A stretch of DNA of 63,982 nucleotides, the filler included, from Ionaspis alba (taxonomy: Eukaryota): assembly GCA_964255285.1 (NCBI GenBank). It is 6 parts of 6 records of this genome, joined end to end, with 100 filler letters (N's around TTAATTAATTAA, not from the genome) between each part and the next. Parts side by side here need not be neighbours in the genome. Positions count along the whole stretch, not along the records: positions 32,573 to 43,303 come from CAXUUL010000590.1; positions 43,404 to 54,118 come from CAXUUL010000591.1; 4 more parts are not named here. One strand, 5' to 3'. The notes beneath the pieces are model-generated. The model worked only from the letters and a program-made list of their open reading frames with translations. It was not told the DNA's origin and searched no databases. Made by a program: the position numbers and the translations under genes. Shown here in pieces: positions 37,544 through 50,371 of this stretch. Position 1 is the stretch's first letter. Each line of letters begins with the position of its first letter.

Positions 37544-39365
37544 ATGGCGGCAATCACTTCAAGCAGGCCGACGAGCAGCGCTGTTCAGTCACCAGCAGTC
37601 TCTGCCTCAAGCCACTCTCACCCTTTCACTGTGAGTGACAACCTCGGCCGGTTGGCTCCAAAGGGACATCAGTCTTACTGATCTATTTCTTCCAGTGCGT
37701 GACATGTGCAATAGCATTCAGGAGTAGCGAGCTACAGAGAACACATATGCGTAGTGACTGGCAGTAAGTTCTGGCTTCAAGTGTCACGATATACATTCCA
37801 ATCTGACTCCCTTCAGTCGGTATAATCTCAAACGACGAGTTGCTTCCCTGCCTCCATTGTCCTCGGAAATCTTTGCTGAAAAGGTCTTGAACGCGCAAGC
37901 CACGTCCTCTGCCGCAGCCGCCAAAGCCACCTTTGAGAAATCATGCAATGCTTGCCAGAAGACCTATTACAGCGAGAACGCTTACCAGAACCATGTAGGA
38001 AGTCAGAAACATCGAGCACGAGTCACAGCTATCGAAGGCGGAGAAGGCCATACAGGAGACGATGAGACAAATTCAGTCATGAGCTCTACGATCTCATTGG
38101 GAGAACCACTCGAATCTGGGTCTACAGACATCCACGATCCGGAGGTGGAGAAGGAGTTCTCGAGCGTAGTCAACAGCATGAAGGAAGCAAGTCTGAAGGG
38201 GAAAGAGCCAATTACACGTCGTCCTTCGAGACCACATCATTCTTCGAACACTAATGACGACCGTACACCACATCCAATATCTCCAGCAACCACAAAAAGC
38301 GGCCTCGTTATAGCCGAAAAGGCTCCTGCCAAGGACGAGCAAATATCCAAACGATGCTTGTTCTGCAACTACGACTCTCCAAATCTCAAGCTCAGTGTGA
38401 TGCACATGACCAAGTTCCACGGCATGTTCATTCCCGAGCAACCTTACCTGGTCGACTTGGAAGGCCTCATCGGCTACCTCCACGAGAAAGTGACCGAATA
38501 CCACGAATGCCTCTTTTGCCACAAAGTGAAGACCTCTTCCAGTGGAGTTCAAACACACATGCGAGACAAAGGCCACTGCATGATCGCCTTCGACTCGGAA
38601 GAAGACATGATCGAAGTCGGCCAATTCTATGACTTCCGCAGCACCTATTCCGACGATGAAGACGAATCATCAACTACAGATGATGACAAGGGAACCTCTA
38701 GCGGAGGCGTGAAGCTCGGTTCGAAGCGTACCGAAGCCAGTCAAACGACCACCAAAGACGCTAACGGCGATACCACAATGGGTGAAGGTGACGCCAACGA
38801 AGATGGGTGGGAAACCGACAGCTCAGCTTCGTCCCTTGACTCCGCCGAGTTGCACGCCGTGCCCATCGACCACGACCATGCCTACCAACGCCTAGCTTTA
38901 CACCGCCACCACTCGCACAACGATCCCCGCCCCCACCGCACGGTCGACGGCTTCCACTCACACGCCCACTGCCACCACCACGCAGCCTTCCACTCCGATC
39001 ACGAGCTCTTCCTCCCATCAGGTCGAACAGCAGGCCACCGCTCACTAGCACGCTACTACCGCCAGAACCTGCACAGTCATCCCTCTGCCCAGGAGCGCAT
39101 CGAGCGTCGCCTACTCGCTGACGGGGCTGCTGAGGATTCGGATGAAGAGGAAGACGAGGCCCAGGCGGGACGTGGCCGCCAGGTCGCCACGCGTGCGAAT
39201 GGTGGGATGGGAATGATTGGTGTGACGGATGCGAAGAAGCGCGAAATTTTGGGCGTGGAGAAGAGGGAGCAGAAGAGGGCTCAGCGCGCGCAGAAGCAGT
39301 ATCAATGGGGTGTGAATAAGAGGGCGAATGCGCAGAAGCATTTCCGTGATCCGTTGCTGCAGTGA
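37544..39365 (+). CDS. REI1: Pre-60S ribosome maturation C2H2 zinc-finger protein (Rei1/Reh1/ZNF622); introns 37631-37695, 37764-37816
   Basis: FT|CVTC...HMRSDWH|RYNLKRRVASLPP, CLFC...HGMFIPE, HMRDKGHC, LPSGRTAGHRSLARYYRQNL, HFRDPLLQ*. Confidence 0.95.
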
Positions 39366-39646
39366 TTGTTGCAGCTGGTATATATGTAGCGGTGTACCGC
39401 GAGAGTGATCTCTAGCTTAGGAAAGGTGGAGCATTCGGTGGTGCTTGGGTGTTGTGCTTTCCTCTGAGAAGGCGACGTTCCGATAGCTCACATAGGGAAT
39501 GCTTTTGCGGTCACGAACAGATATACCGGCAAGGAGTGCACCCGTCGTAGCTAGTGAATTTAGTTCTTCTTTTGAGTCATTCCTCTAAGGTGTCTCGTCC
39601 AGCAAAGCCAACGCTAAACGCCTTTCAATCATGCAATCCTATCCCT

Positions 39647-42431
39647 CTACCCCTTCTCCTTCACAATCCGATACGAGCCCCCCACAAACTCCAATTTCTC
39701 CTCCTCAACCTTCCTCCCCAAAAACTCCTTCAATTCCTCATTTGCAAACGGAAATCCACCGGGCACCGCAAACTTCAACATCATGACAATCCTTTGCAGC
39801 GGCATCGCTCCCTGATTCGTCAACATGCCCACGATGTATTGCCAGAACACATTCATCTTCTCGAGATTGACATCCTGCTCAGAGCGAACGGCTGATGTGG
39901 CAGACGCCGCTGACGCAGAAGCTGCCGAAGCAGAAGCAGCGACTGCAGCGAGATTGGCTTGGGCAGTGGTGGCTTTGTCCGCCGAGGTCGTCGGGAGGGT
40001 CTCCAGGACGGTGTAGGTGTCTGGCGCGGCCTGGCGAAGGACGAGCTTGCCAACCCAGAAGGTGAGGGCGTTTTGAACGAGCGAAGGGTCCATATCAAGC
40101 TCCTCCGCAAGCTCATCGAGCGTCTTGGTCACCGGGCCAGATTGAGGTTTATGACCGTCCTCTTGGAAAGCATAGATGACGCTCGCCTGCCACGTCTGGA
40201 CCTCCTCTTCGACCCTACGGTCCTCGAGATCTAGCTCGACAGTCACATGGCCAAGAGCAGGAAGCCAGGTGAGCTTGCGGGAGGGTTTGGCTTTTTCGAA
40301 GCCGGTAGAGTAGCGCTCTTGCAGTGCTTCGATTTCGGGAGGGACGGAGAAGGTTTCGACATTTAGAGAGGGCCAGAAGAGGCGGGAGAGGATCTTGGTA
40401 TGGATACTGGGCCCTGCAGGCTTGTCGGGATTGGAGTTTGAGAGTTCTTGTTCGCGTTGGATGAGGAAGTCTGTTCGGCGGGAGTCGAGGATGTCTTTTA
40501 ACATCACTTCGCAGGCTTGGAGGGGAGGTTCGCCGAAACGGAGTTTGAGCAGTTCGAGGACACGGATCTGTGGTTTTGGTGAGCTATTGCTGCCATTGGG
40601 AGAGCGAATGTAGCCTCTGACCTCCTTCTCGAAGTCAAAGTCTGCCTTTAGCAGACGCTCGCCCATAATGTTCTGGAATTCTTTGACGAAAATGTCTTTC
40701 GTCTCGAAGAGACTTATCAGTGTTCCTATCACGTCGGAGGTCTTCGATTTCTTGTATTCTGCGAGTCGTTAGCATTCTAAACATTCGATGGCAGACGTGG
40801 ATAATACCGGATCCCGCATCTACAGGATCAGGTAACCAGGACATGTCGTCCCAATCCAAATCGCCATCGTCGTCGTTCGAAGCCGCAAGATCCGTGATCT
40901 TGTTCAGCTCCTCAGCTAGCTCCACTAGAGCGTCGGTGGAGCCTGCATCGTCCGTAGCGTCCGCCAGTAGTCCAGAGACAATGATTTTGACAGTATCATC
41001 TCGGTCACGCAAATACCTCCGGATTGGTCTAGCGATGCGATCCAGCAGGACTCCTTTCGGGTCGAGTACAGCAAACGCTCGAATAATGTAAATGTACATC
41101 TGCAGTATCTCGGTTGTCGAGGCTCCAGGTTGGAGCATTCGATCTGAGACAACTTTTGAGAAAGAGCTGGTAAGATGTGTTCTTGAGGATGTCGTTGTAA
41201 TATAATGTTTGAGGTCTTCAATAGCGCCACGACTGTCATTTTCCCAGTCAACGATGACATCAAAAAGCTCTCTAAGTCGCAACTGTCCAAGGTAATGGAT
41301 AGCTGTCAACTGGTAACCGTTGATGATGGCCCGTGTGACAGGAAGTTCTGTCTTCACTTCAGAAGTTTGAGCTCTTGCAAGACAAGAAAGGACTTCCACA
41401 ATGAGGCGTGCAAAGTGCTCTTCTACCCAGTTCCGTAACTGTGCAGGCACCGTTGAGGGTGATAACCATTTACCGGCATATGTAGAGTTGACATGAGCCT
41501 TTAGTAGGCTAGTCACAACCTCTGCAAAAATCGTTGAGACTTGATCACCTCCAAGCCCGACTTCTCCTAGCGTCGTAGCAACACTTATGATCCTACTTCG
41601 TGCTTCCAGAATCTTTGTCTGGTGAACATCAACCATTGAATCCTCGTCGTTCTCAGAATCCACTTGTTCGAGTCCAAGGACTATAGAACCTTGCTCCTTT
41701 AGAAAAGTGCCAACTTGAGTAGCGAAACTGGTCTCGGACAATGACCTGGCCACTTCTGCATGGTACTGCTCTTCAAACACGAGGAGCTCAAAACGTCTCA
41801 TTCCTTCGAAATGCGGCGAGACATACTGGATTATAGGAAACATGTAAATTCTCTGAGTAACATTGAGTAGTCTCAGAAATTTCCACAGGATCTCCGATTC
41901 ATTCTCGTTTCTTAGTATCTATGGAGATATTAGTAGAAACTCTCCACTCGGCTCTAGTGTTCATACGTCAAGAAGCTGAGGCAACTGGAATTGAACGTAA
42001 TGTCTTAAGACTTCTCGAAGGTACCAGGTTAGGATATTGTCTTCTCTGTTCCTCTCCCGAAGACGTCGACCAAGAGAGCTCTCAGATACTAGGTATTCGA
42101 TGGAAGAAGCGACATGTTGAGGGCAATATTTGGAGCCATTGCTGATGGCTTCAGCAGCCTCATCATCACTCACACCTCTGATAGGTATCCGTTGGAGAGC
42201 TAAGAAGGCTGTGGCATTGTGCCACGCCCGCTCCCACTTGAGCTTTTCCGCAGCAGGATCTTCAGTCTCCTGAGGTGATCCAAATTCTGCGGAGCTTGTG
42301 AAGCCGCTGGATTGGAACGGAGCGGAACCAAGTTGAGGCGTAGCAGCTGGCGTGGGACCGGAAGCATCTTGTTTTGCAACAGGAAATACTGATTGGAAGA
42401 TATGTCTACGTGCTGTTGCGGTTGCAGCCAT
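39647..42431 (-). CDS. APC2: Anaphase-promoting complex subunit 2 (introns 41966-41919, 40807-40759, 40621-40568)
   Basis: LQPGASTTEIL, PIRRYLRDRDDTV, WLPDPVDAG, ELLKLRFGE..LQACEVMLKD, LSRLFWP, YIVGMLTNQGAMP. Confidence 0.95.
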
Positions 42432-43303
42432 ATCTGTTACGCAGGAAATAGTGGCCGAGCAAGAAGTTATCTCTTAATTTCAATGTCACGTCTTAAATTG
42501 TAGCCGTTCTCTGACGCTTTCCTCAATCCTTTTCTAGAGGTACATGGTTACAGGCTGGAATCTTGAAACTTGGACTACATCATTGTTAACTTCGCAGAGA
42601 GCTGATCATATTCAACAACTTCATCGAAGTTATCTCTGGCGAGCAGGTGGACTATCGGTCAACGACAAACGACTGTTATTGAAGTGCTTGGATTATCCTT
42701 GAGACTGAAGCCATAAGGTGACGCGTAATGTTTGTACTGTTTGTAGCACAAATGTTCCCAAGTTATATTTTCTATTCTCATGAGCTCAAATGTAGGCTTC
42801 TGCGAGGTCAGAGAAGCTATCCACTTTCTCTACCCGAGCGAGCCCATTGCTTTTCTAGCACATGGTGTATCCTAGGCTCCATTCTCATCTTCCACCTTCG
42901 ACCTCCAGGGTTTATGCCTAAACCACTGGATCTAGCAAAGCTTGGGGCAGAGTTGACTTCGCGTATTGCGGATCATCGCGATATAGTGGTGCAGCGAGCC
43001 AGAGCACTTACCTCTGCCGATCTACCTGAAGAGAGAAAGGCCGGACAGGAGGCTATATAAACCGTCCATGATGATCAAACATGACAGAGCAAGGAAGCGA
43101 TGGACTGATGGAGGGTAGCTTGCATCTTCCGACATCATCACCATCTAATTGAACTGATCTGGTAGGCGAGGATCACTTTTTGACCTCCACAACATACGAC
43201 ATCACTGCAATGTCGGAACAGCGCATCAGAGAAAATACTTAAGGACATCGCCAAACTGCCCCTTGTATGCCTCCCAAATCTAATCGTCCAAGCGCTCGCG
43301 TAT

Positions 43304-43403
43304 NNNNNNNNNNNNNNNNNNNNNNNNNNNNNNNNNNNNNNNNNNNNTTAATTAATTAANNNNNNNNNNNNNNNNNNNNNNNNNNNNNNNNNNNNNNNNN
43401 NNN
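43304..43403. other. Artificial scaffold linker
   Basis: N44-TTAATTAATTAA-N44. Confidence 0.97.
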
Positions 43404-43494
43404 GGGCCAAAAAACCATCCATATATCTCCATGATGTACCACCAACCATATCCGGTCATCTTTATCCCCCCACGCAAAGCAAAACTTAAATTGA

Positions 43495-45516
43495 CTAAAC
43501 CAAATCCCAAGCAGCAACAGCCTTGAACCCCATTGCGCACCTCCCCTTCTTCCTCAGATACTCTTCTTTCTTAATGCCTCTTCCACTCCTCCCGTCAATT
43601 GTATCAACGATATACAGACTGATCATTGCTCCTGGCCTCCCCAATATCCTCGGATCGACATCCACCCACCAAAAGAAGCCATCCGTTTCAAAAGGCACAT
43701 AGTCTCCTACATGCCCATCCGGGCCCATCTCCACAGTCAGGATATATGTGAACGGCTCCCCATGCCCCTGTACTAAAGGACTCCAATGCGGACAGACGCG
43801 CTCGAATTGGAATCTGACCAGCCCACTTGGATGTGCGGAAAGGGATACAGGAACACGACGATACTTCGGTAAGAAGCTCGACTCGCGTAGCCCTTCCATT
43901 GGAGCAATATCGCTGTACACCTGGGCCAGTTCCCCACCTTGATCACCACGAATCCAGTCCTCCCATCTCAGCACGCTACCATCCGGGCGAAAGAAGTACG
44001 TAGAGTCTGTTGGGAAATGGGTCTCGCCAAAGACATCATTATCGTTGGAGAATTGAGACGGTTTGAACGCCTTCACATACGGCTTGTCCTTCCCTTGAAC
44101 ATATCCCGCGCCCCAGCACGCGTCGAGCAATTTCCAGTCGCCGCCATCAATTCTGACCGCATTCCAAGCATGGTTACTTTCATAAGGCGGGATGGGCGAC
44201 CCTGGCGCCAACGACATTGAGACGCCGAAGCCCTTGCCGTAGCCACTGATGACAACGGATTCAAGTCCTGCGTGGGTTGCGAGGTTATGAAAGAGGGCGG
44301 CGTACCCTTCGCAGACGGCGAGGCCAGAGGACAGGGTGGAGGCGGGAGTGGAAGGTTTGATATTACCTCCGAAGAAGGCGACTGTGTTGTAGGCGACGTT
44401 ATGATGCAGCCAGGTAAATATTGCACGGGCTTTGTCGGTGGGAGAGGGAAAGGGGGTCGTGAGTTGGTTTGCTAGCTGTGGGATGGAGGAGACGTTTTGT
44501 CGGGGAAACTTGGTGGCGTGGGTATCTGGGGCTGTGAAGTCGCGGCATTTCAGGCAGGAGGTGATGGCTGTTTGGCGAGGGACGGAGGTTGATTGGGACG
44601 TCGAGGATATTTTCGGCTTCGTTGCCATTAATTTCGAGAGATCGGGACGGGAGGAAATAGGGATTGGAGGAGGCGTGGAGTTCGATTGACTTCCATCTGC
44701 AATGCCATTGGGTTGTGATTGGTTGTGGACGTCGTTAGGAAATGGAGAATGGAGGGATCGCGCTGGCATGGGTGGAGGCTCTCGAGGAGGTAGTTTCCGA
44801 GTCGATTCCGTTGATCGATCTCGAGCTGCAGGTCTCTGCGGTAGAGTAGGAGTTCGAGGTGGAGGAGTCTTGATCTCTGTCATTGTAATCGAGGGTGAGG
44901 ATTTTGTTCCCTTCAATGGTATCCTCGCCAACTCTTTGTCCTTCTCCTGCTTGGTTCTTTTCGGAGGTAGAGGAGGTAGAGTCGAAGGGTCGTAGACTGG
45001 GGCCTTCACTCTCGAACCATCAGCAGATGGGCCTCTTGACGCTGTCGTTCTGGCTGTACCAGTCGAAAGGGCTGACATGGTAGAAATACTTGAGACGACG
45101 GACGAGATAGATTCATTCGAGTCTCGTCTGCTCAATTGGTTCGAAGGTCTTCGAGGTGGAAGAGCTGGAGAAGGCTGTGACTGTATAGAAGCTTTCCTGG
45201 GAGGTAACCTCGGTGGAGGAGTAGGTCTTGCTGAAGGGCTCGTTGCTTGCCCAGTACGCGTGATAACGGGTGGTGGCAGAATGGCAGCCCGGCTTGGGCC
45301 ATCAGGCTCGTTTCCAATGCCATTGTTGCCCGAGTAGGACAGGTTGTTCTGCACAGGAACGTTTGCAGTCTTTCTTCTTTGATCAAATGCTGGTCTCTGA
45401 GGTGGCTCGGGTACGTTGTGGACAATCTCCCCAGCTCCTCTCCCAACTTGTCCGAGGTTCAACGCCGCTATTCGGGCTTGGACTGATTGCCGGGGCTGCT
45501 CTTCAACTTCCGCCAT
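43495..45516 (-). CDS. Transglutaminase-like (kyphoscoliosis peptidase/Cyk3-related) protein with Pro-rich N-terminus
   Basis: KARAIFTWLHHNVAY, triad motifs AVCEGYA / NHAWNAV / LLDACWGAG. Many PxxP motifs and no visible SH3 domain. Confidence 0.88.
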   Translation of the reverse strand: MAEVEEQPRQSVQARIAALNLGQVGRGAGEIVHNVPEPPQRPAFDQRRKTANVPVQNNLSYSGNNGIGNEPDGPSRAAILPPPVITRTGQATSPSARPTPPPRLPPRKASIQSQPSPALPPRRPSNQLSRRDSNESISSVVSSISTMSALSTGTARTTASRGPSADGSRVKAPVYDPSTLPPLPPKRTKQEKDKELARIPLKGTKSSPSITMTEIKTPPPRTPTLPQRPAARDRSTESTRKLPPREPPPMPARSLHSPFPNDVHNQSQPNGIADGSQSNSTPPPIPISSRPDLSKLMATKPKISSTSQSTSVPRQTAITSCLKCRDFTAPDTHATKFPRQNVSSIPQLANQLTTPFPSPTDKARAIFTWLHHNVAYNTVAFFGGNIKPSTPASTLSSGLAVCEGYAALFHNLATHAGLESVVISGYGKGFGVSMSLAPGSPIPPYESNHAWNAVRIDGGDWKLLDACWGAGYVQGKDKPYVKAFKPSQFSNDNDVFGETHFPTDSTYFFRPDGSVLRWEDWIRGDQGGELAQVYSDIAPMEGLRESSFLPKYRRVPVSLSAHPSGLVRFQFERVCPHWSPLVQGHGEPFTYILTVEMGPDGHVGDYVPFETDGFFWWVDVDPRILGRPGAMISLYIVDTIDGRSGRGIKKEEYLRKKGRCAMGFKAVAAWDLV

Positions 45517-46656
45517 GGTGACCGCGGAGGAGGAGCAAGGAGCAAGAACATCAGATGGAGGTCGATACGATGAGCTGGATCATGCCATTAATCATTGCGA
45601 AGCTTTTGAGCGTCAATGAGGCTGTGACGCGAGCTTTTGGCACAGCTCTGAATTTATGGCTGCGCCTCATGTCAATCCGCGAGAGGATTGGCGCGTACCT
45701 AACCCTATACCAGCACACAGATTCTTGTGCCACATAGAGCCCCTCTTCTAATGCCAAAAAGGCTAAGTCTACTCCATGTTTTGAAGAGAAGTGGTCTACT
45801 AATGAAGGGCCAATGGTCGGGGATGGCAATTATGGTCATGTCCTTTGATCAAGCATGTGAATGGACCCATGGCTGGTCATTTAAGCCAGTCAATACCCGC
45901 ACATAATGGATCGAGTTTCATACCGTGTTCCTTATGACGACCAGCAGTAGCTGATCTTAGGTGCCACGTCGAGGCTGCGCGGAGCCAGCATTTCGTTAAG
46001 GGATCATGATCAAGCGCGCAAGTTCCACGAGTGCGGACAAAAATGGGAAGCTACTTTGGGCAGGCGTAGACAATCAATAACCAATTGTTGCGCATCACAA
46101 ATGCTCCTCACGCTTGTCCTGGCAGAAAGCATGTCCATATAGCAAGTAAGATTTGCTTTTATACTACAACCACCAAGATCCCGACTCACGCGTTCCCCTA
46201 AGACTGAAGGTCCCTGCTACACTTGTCCTTCATCAACCGCAGCAAAAAGATAAAAATGCTCATAAGCCGCCCCGTCATCATTATTGCTAAAGATATCAGC
46301 GCTAGCCCCCATGAACCAAGCTCATAGTAACAAAGAAGATAAATAAGCAGAGCCCAGTCGACTTCCCCATTTTAACTGGAAAATCCCACTTTTTTTTGGA
46401 CAGAGGCAGAGCTCGTAGTAGAGCCAAGAATATACAGGGAAGCAGAAGGTTTATGCAAGGCAAGCAGATTGTCATTAGATTCAAAGGGGAAAATAGTCGT
46501 TAGTTGGCCGTGAGGAGACTGTACATTGGTAGAAAGGAGTATTGTTCGGGGTAGGACCCCTTAGGTGCTGGAGATTGAGTAGACGTAGAGCTCGGTAGAT
46601 GTGGTGTCGAAAATTGTTCAGAACATTTCATCGGTGGTCGCCGTTGAGATGACTGG

Positions 46657-49600
46657 CTAGTCTGATTGAATGATTGATTTCTCAGCTCTCTCCTTCATAT
46701 GGGCAGCCTGGGTTTCGAGAGATCGAGCCATAAGACGTGTTACTATGTAGCATTAGCATTCGGCAAGTATGGCGGGAAAGCGCAATGACATGCCAGGCCA
46801 AACAGCGGCTTTGTTGAGCATATAAGCCGTGACCATGAGAATCTTACTTCCGTACCCACACTCTTTATAAGTCTGCATATTATTCCCTGAAGTCAAAGCC
46901 GTAGTCGCGCCCATAACGCCGTTATCCATTGTCATCTTGACCTCAGCACTGTCAAGAATTTGATTGATCTTTTCCAGAAGCTGGGTATCTTCTGGTTCAA
47001 CATACATCATGGCCGGAATCTCATTGAGGTTGATCTCGTCCTTGCCCAGAATTCCGAGATCCCGCCCGACACGTTCTTGAAGAGTAGAAACCCATTCCGC
47101 AAGGACTTGAGCGCAGTCGAATGCACACAAGGCAGATTGCATTGGTAGCTCTCGAGAATTGAAATCAGCAAAAGTGACTCCCAATTTATCGGAAAGTGAC
47201 AGGGAATGTGCAGCGTGGAAAGCAGCTTTTCGAAGATGCCTCTCGCGTTTGGTCGTTTGTCCTGGAGAAGATGCTCTTTGCGACAAGTCTGGAGACTCTC
47301 CCTGTTCAAGCTTGACGAACGATGCCTCCACGGATGTTTGGCTTTGTTTGCTTGACGAGCCGGTTGACGAATCTCCATTGCTAGAAGTGGACGCAGGCGA
47401 GTGATCAGCGTGCTGGATAATCTCAGCGCCTCTCGCAAGCTCATCTGCCATGCCATCAAAATCTCGCTGCCAGAATGCTTCCTTCGATCGACCAAGGTTG
47501 ACGAAAAGCCTCACGTATGCAAGATCGAGAAGGGGTATGCTATCAGCTGATAACGGCCCGCATCCAAATGGGTTTGGTCGTTCCAAGCGATGGTGGGGAT
47601 TGCTTGCCCAGGCGGCTTGCCAGGCAGCCAAAGCGGGTTCGATATGGGCGTGCATGGACTCCGTTTCTTGACTTGTCCATTGCCTACCCAGATGCCTTTG
47701 ACGTGTTTCCCAGATGTAATTATGAAGAGCATTGATGAGAATCAGACAGCCAAACGTACTAGGCTGAATTTCACTCGCAGGAAGATCTGGTTCAAGGCCA
47801 AAGGGCTGAGCAAAGGCCTGGGACATGTGATGATGTTGGTATTGCTGGCGTTGACTAGCCGTGAGAAGGGAGCTCAGAGCAGTTGAGAATGGAGTGGCTT
47901 TCTGCTCCGCAATTGCGCTTCCACCAAGACCATACCATGCTTCCGGAGATTCTGCAGCCCAAAGATCTTCGTCGCAGGGAAGGTCAAGTCTGATTTCGGA
48001 ATTTGTCAGTGCTGGCGCATGATTGTAAGCCGAGACTAGCATGCTGGACAGAATGAACACAGCATAGAGAGTCCTTTTCCGCTCTTCGGCATTCTTCCAG
48101 TTGTGCCAAGCAGAATGATCATCAAGCCCCAGGTGCGGATACTGCGCCTGCCAACCGTCGTTACTCATGCGAGTGTCTTCGCCGTTGAGAGCATCGTTCG
48201 GTAACCGTGAAAATTCTGCAAGGCCAAATGGTGTAGATCCGTACGGGGCAGCAAGTTCGGCAGCGCGTGCCAAACTGACAAGGGCCGCGCAGTGCGTACT
48301 GGCAATATCGGCGGATGTCTTATCGCCACAATTGTGACCATATATGACGTTGAGAAGCATTGCTTGCACAAGCCATAGTGGCGTGTTCTGCGCACCAATC
48401 TCTCCTGTGGGGTTGGAGCCGTTGACGACCGCCGACACGTCGGCTTTCCGTCTTTCTTCTAAGTAAAGTTGAATCATTCTTTTCGCCATCTCAAAAAGCT
48501 CTTTGGAAGCAGCATTGTCGAATTCGTATAAGGCTCCAATCGCAGCCATGGAAAGTATAAGACAACCTCCTCCACCGACAATGCCTGGTTGCTGGAAACC
48601 TGGATGACCACTCATAGGACGAATGGTACTGCTAAATGCTGGTGAATCGAAAGACAGAGAGGGTATATGAAGAAATGGAAGGTGGGGATGAAAATATTGA
48701 ATGTAAGCCGCGACGTAACGCTGGAGATCATAGGTACTGGGCATGGACACACTGCTTCCACTGCGTGGCCTTGCAGAAAAGCCAGGTGATAAGGGTGAGC
48801 TGATGGTTGGCTGAGAATACTTTCGCTGATTATGGCTAAAAACTGACGGTTGCGAGAGGCTGAGAAGAAGTGCTTGACGTGTAGCTTCGGTGATAGAATC
48901 TGTAGAGACAGAAGTAACAGAGCTCTGTCGGTTACTACTACGTTCGGAAGCGGCTGATGTAGTCGGCGTATCCACAGTAGTCACCATGGGAGGATGAAAG
49001 TAAGGGTACGGTAGTCCATGCATAGGAGTCATTGGACTTTGCGAAGCAAGCAGAGGTGGAGATGAGAAGTATTGTTCAGCGGCCCCTAGTGGTTCCTGTA
49101 CTGTTTTCGCGGATAGCGGTCCTGGGAGAAGATCTGGGAATGTGGATCCGGACAGGTCCATCGGATACTCAGCCAACGGTGCCTGGGAGAGCATGGAATT
49201 TTGCCACATCGACGACGTTTGGCTTGGATTGTTTGATCCGTCTAGCATGACCTCGCTGATACCGCTCGGACTACCAGTGCTGATGGCAGATGGGGATGAT
49301 GCTGCGATGGCATGCTCGTTACCATTGGCGAAAGACATTTGGTGATCGAATCCGCTCATCCACTCGAAGTTTCCGTCCTCATCCATCAGCGCAGTACCTG
49401 AAGGCATTCCTGGGAACCCATGCGAAAATGGAGAGGTTGGTGTGTCAAAAGTTAGAGCATGCGGGGAGTCGGTAAAGTGAAGCTGTGCAGGGTTGATGGT
49501 CGTGCCAGGAGTAAACAGCATATTGTCCATTCCGTAATTGTGATCGAAGCTCGCATACGGAGGCGCCGTTCGAAGACTTCCAGTCAGATCAATATTCAAC

Positions 49601-50371
49601 CCTTGCGTCTCGAGCTTGGGAAGGCCAAGAGGATTCCCATGGTGTCCTGCCGCTGACGACATTCCCCTGAACTCGAATCCATTTGGTCCGCGCAGTGGGT
49701 TGTAATTGGTTTGTTGATTCTGCCCGATATTCATAGGACTTTGCCTTGCTGCGGAGTTCGCCGCAGCAATCATACCGAGGGTTGCATTATCTACATGACT
49801 GATGGTGTTGGCCCTTGGCCTCATGGATCCACCAGTATTGCCCGCGCTATTGTTCGCAACCGAGTTTTTGCGTACCCTACCGGATGCAGTAGCAGCGGAG
49901 CTACTTGTGCTCTCACGCCTTCCAGTTCGTGGACGGGATGATGGAGTGGTGGTCATGTGTAGTTTCTGCTGATGTCTCAGGAGCAGATCCCGCCGCGCAA
50001 AGCACCGTGTACACTCGGGACATTCAAAAGGCTTCTCCTTTGTGTGAGAGCGTTCGTGTCGTTTCAGATGCTCGAGTCGTGCAAACGAACGACCACAGGT
50101 TCCACAAACATGAGGTCTTGGTTTATCGGTTTTCGGAGGCGGGAAGTTTGTGGTTCCACTTGACACGCCACTGAGAGATTTGGCATGAGGACGGCCTGGC
50201 ATCGAAGCTTAGTCCTCATATCAAGTGTCAAAAATCTAACATTGGGATTGAGATGAGCGACCTACCAGTTGTTACGCTGGTGCTATGAGTTGTGCTTCCC
50301 TCAGTCGTGTTAGCACCACTTGTACCGGACGTCATTCCTGGGCTTTGTAATGTCATCGTATCTGAGAGCAT
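46657..50371 (-). CDS. amdX: C2H2 zinc-finger plus fungal TF-domain regulator, AmdX/Adr1-like (introns 50265-50196 and GC-AG 46793-46743)
   Basis: [71 protein letters not shown]. Confidence 0.88.

Noticed and set aside
38860..39005. His-rich tract in REI1 as a novel metal-binding insert
   Set aside because: As I recall, similar His-rich segments occur in filamentous-fungal Rei1 orthologues; there is no evidence it is special here.
43068..43158. Possible box C/D snoRNA (ATGATGA...CTGA...CTGA)
   Set aside because: No terminal stem or rRNA-complementary guide that I could recognise; snoscan or Infernal would be needed.
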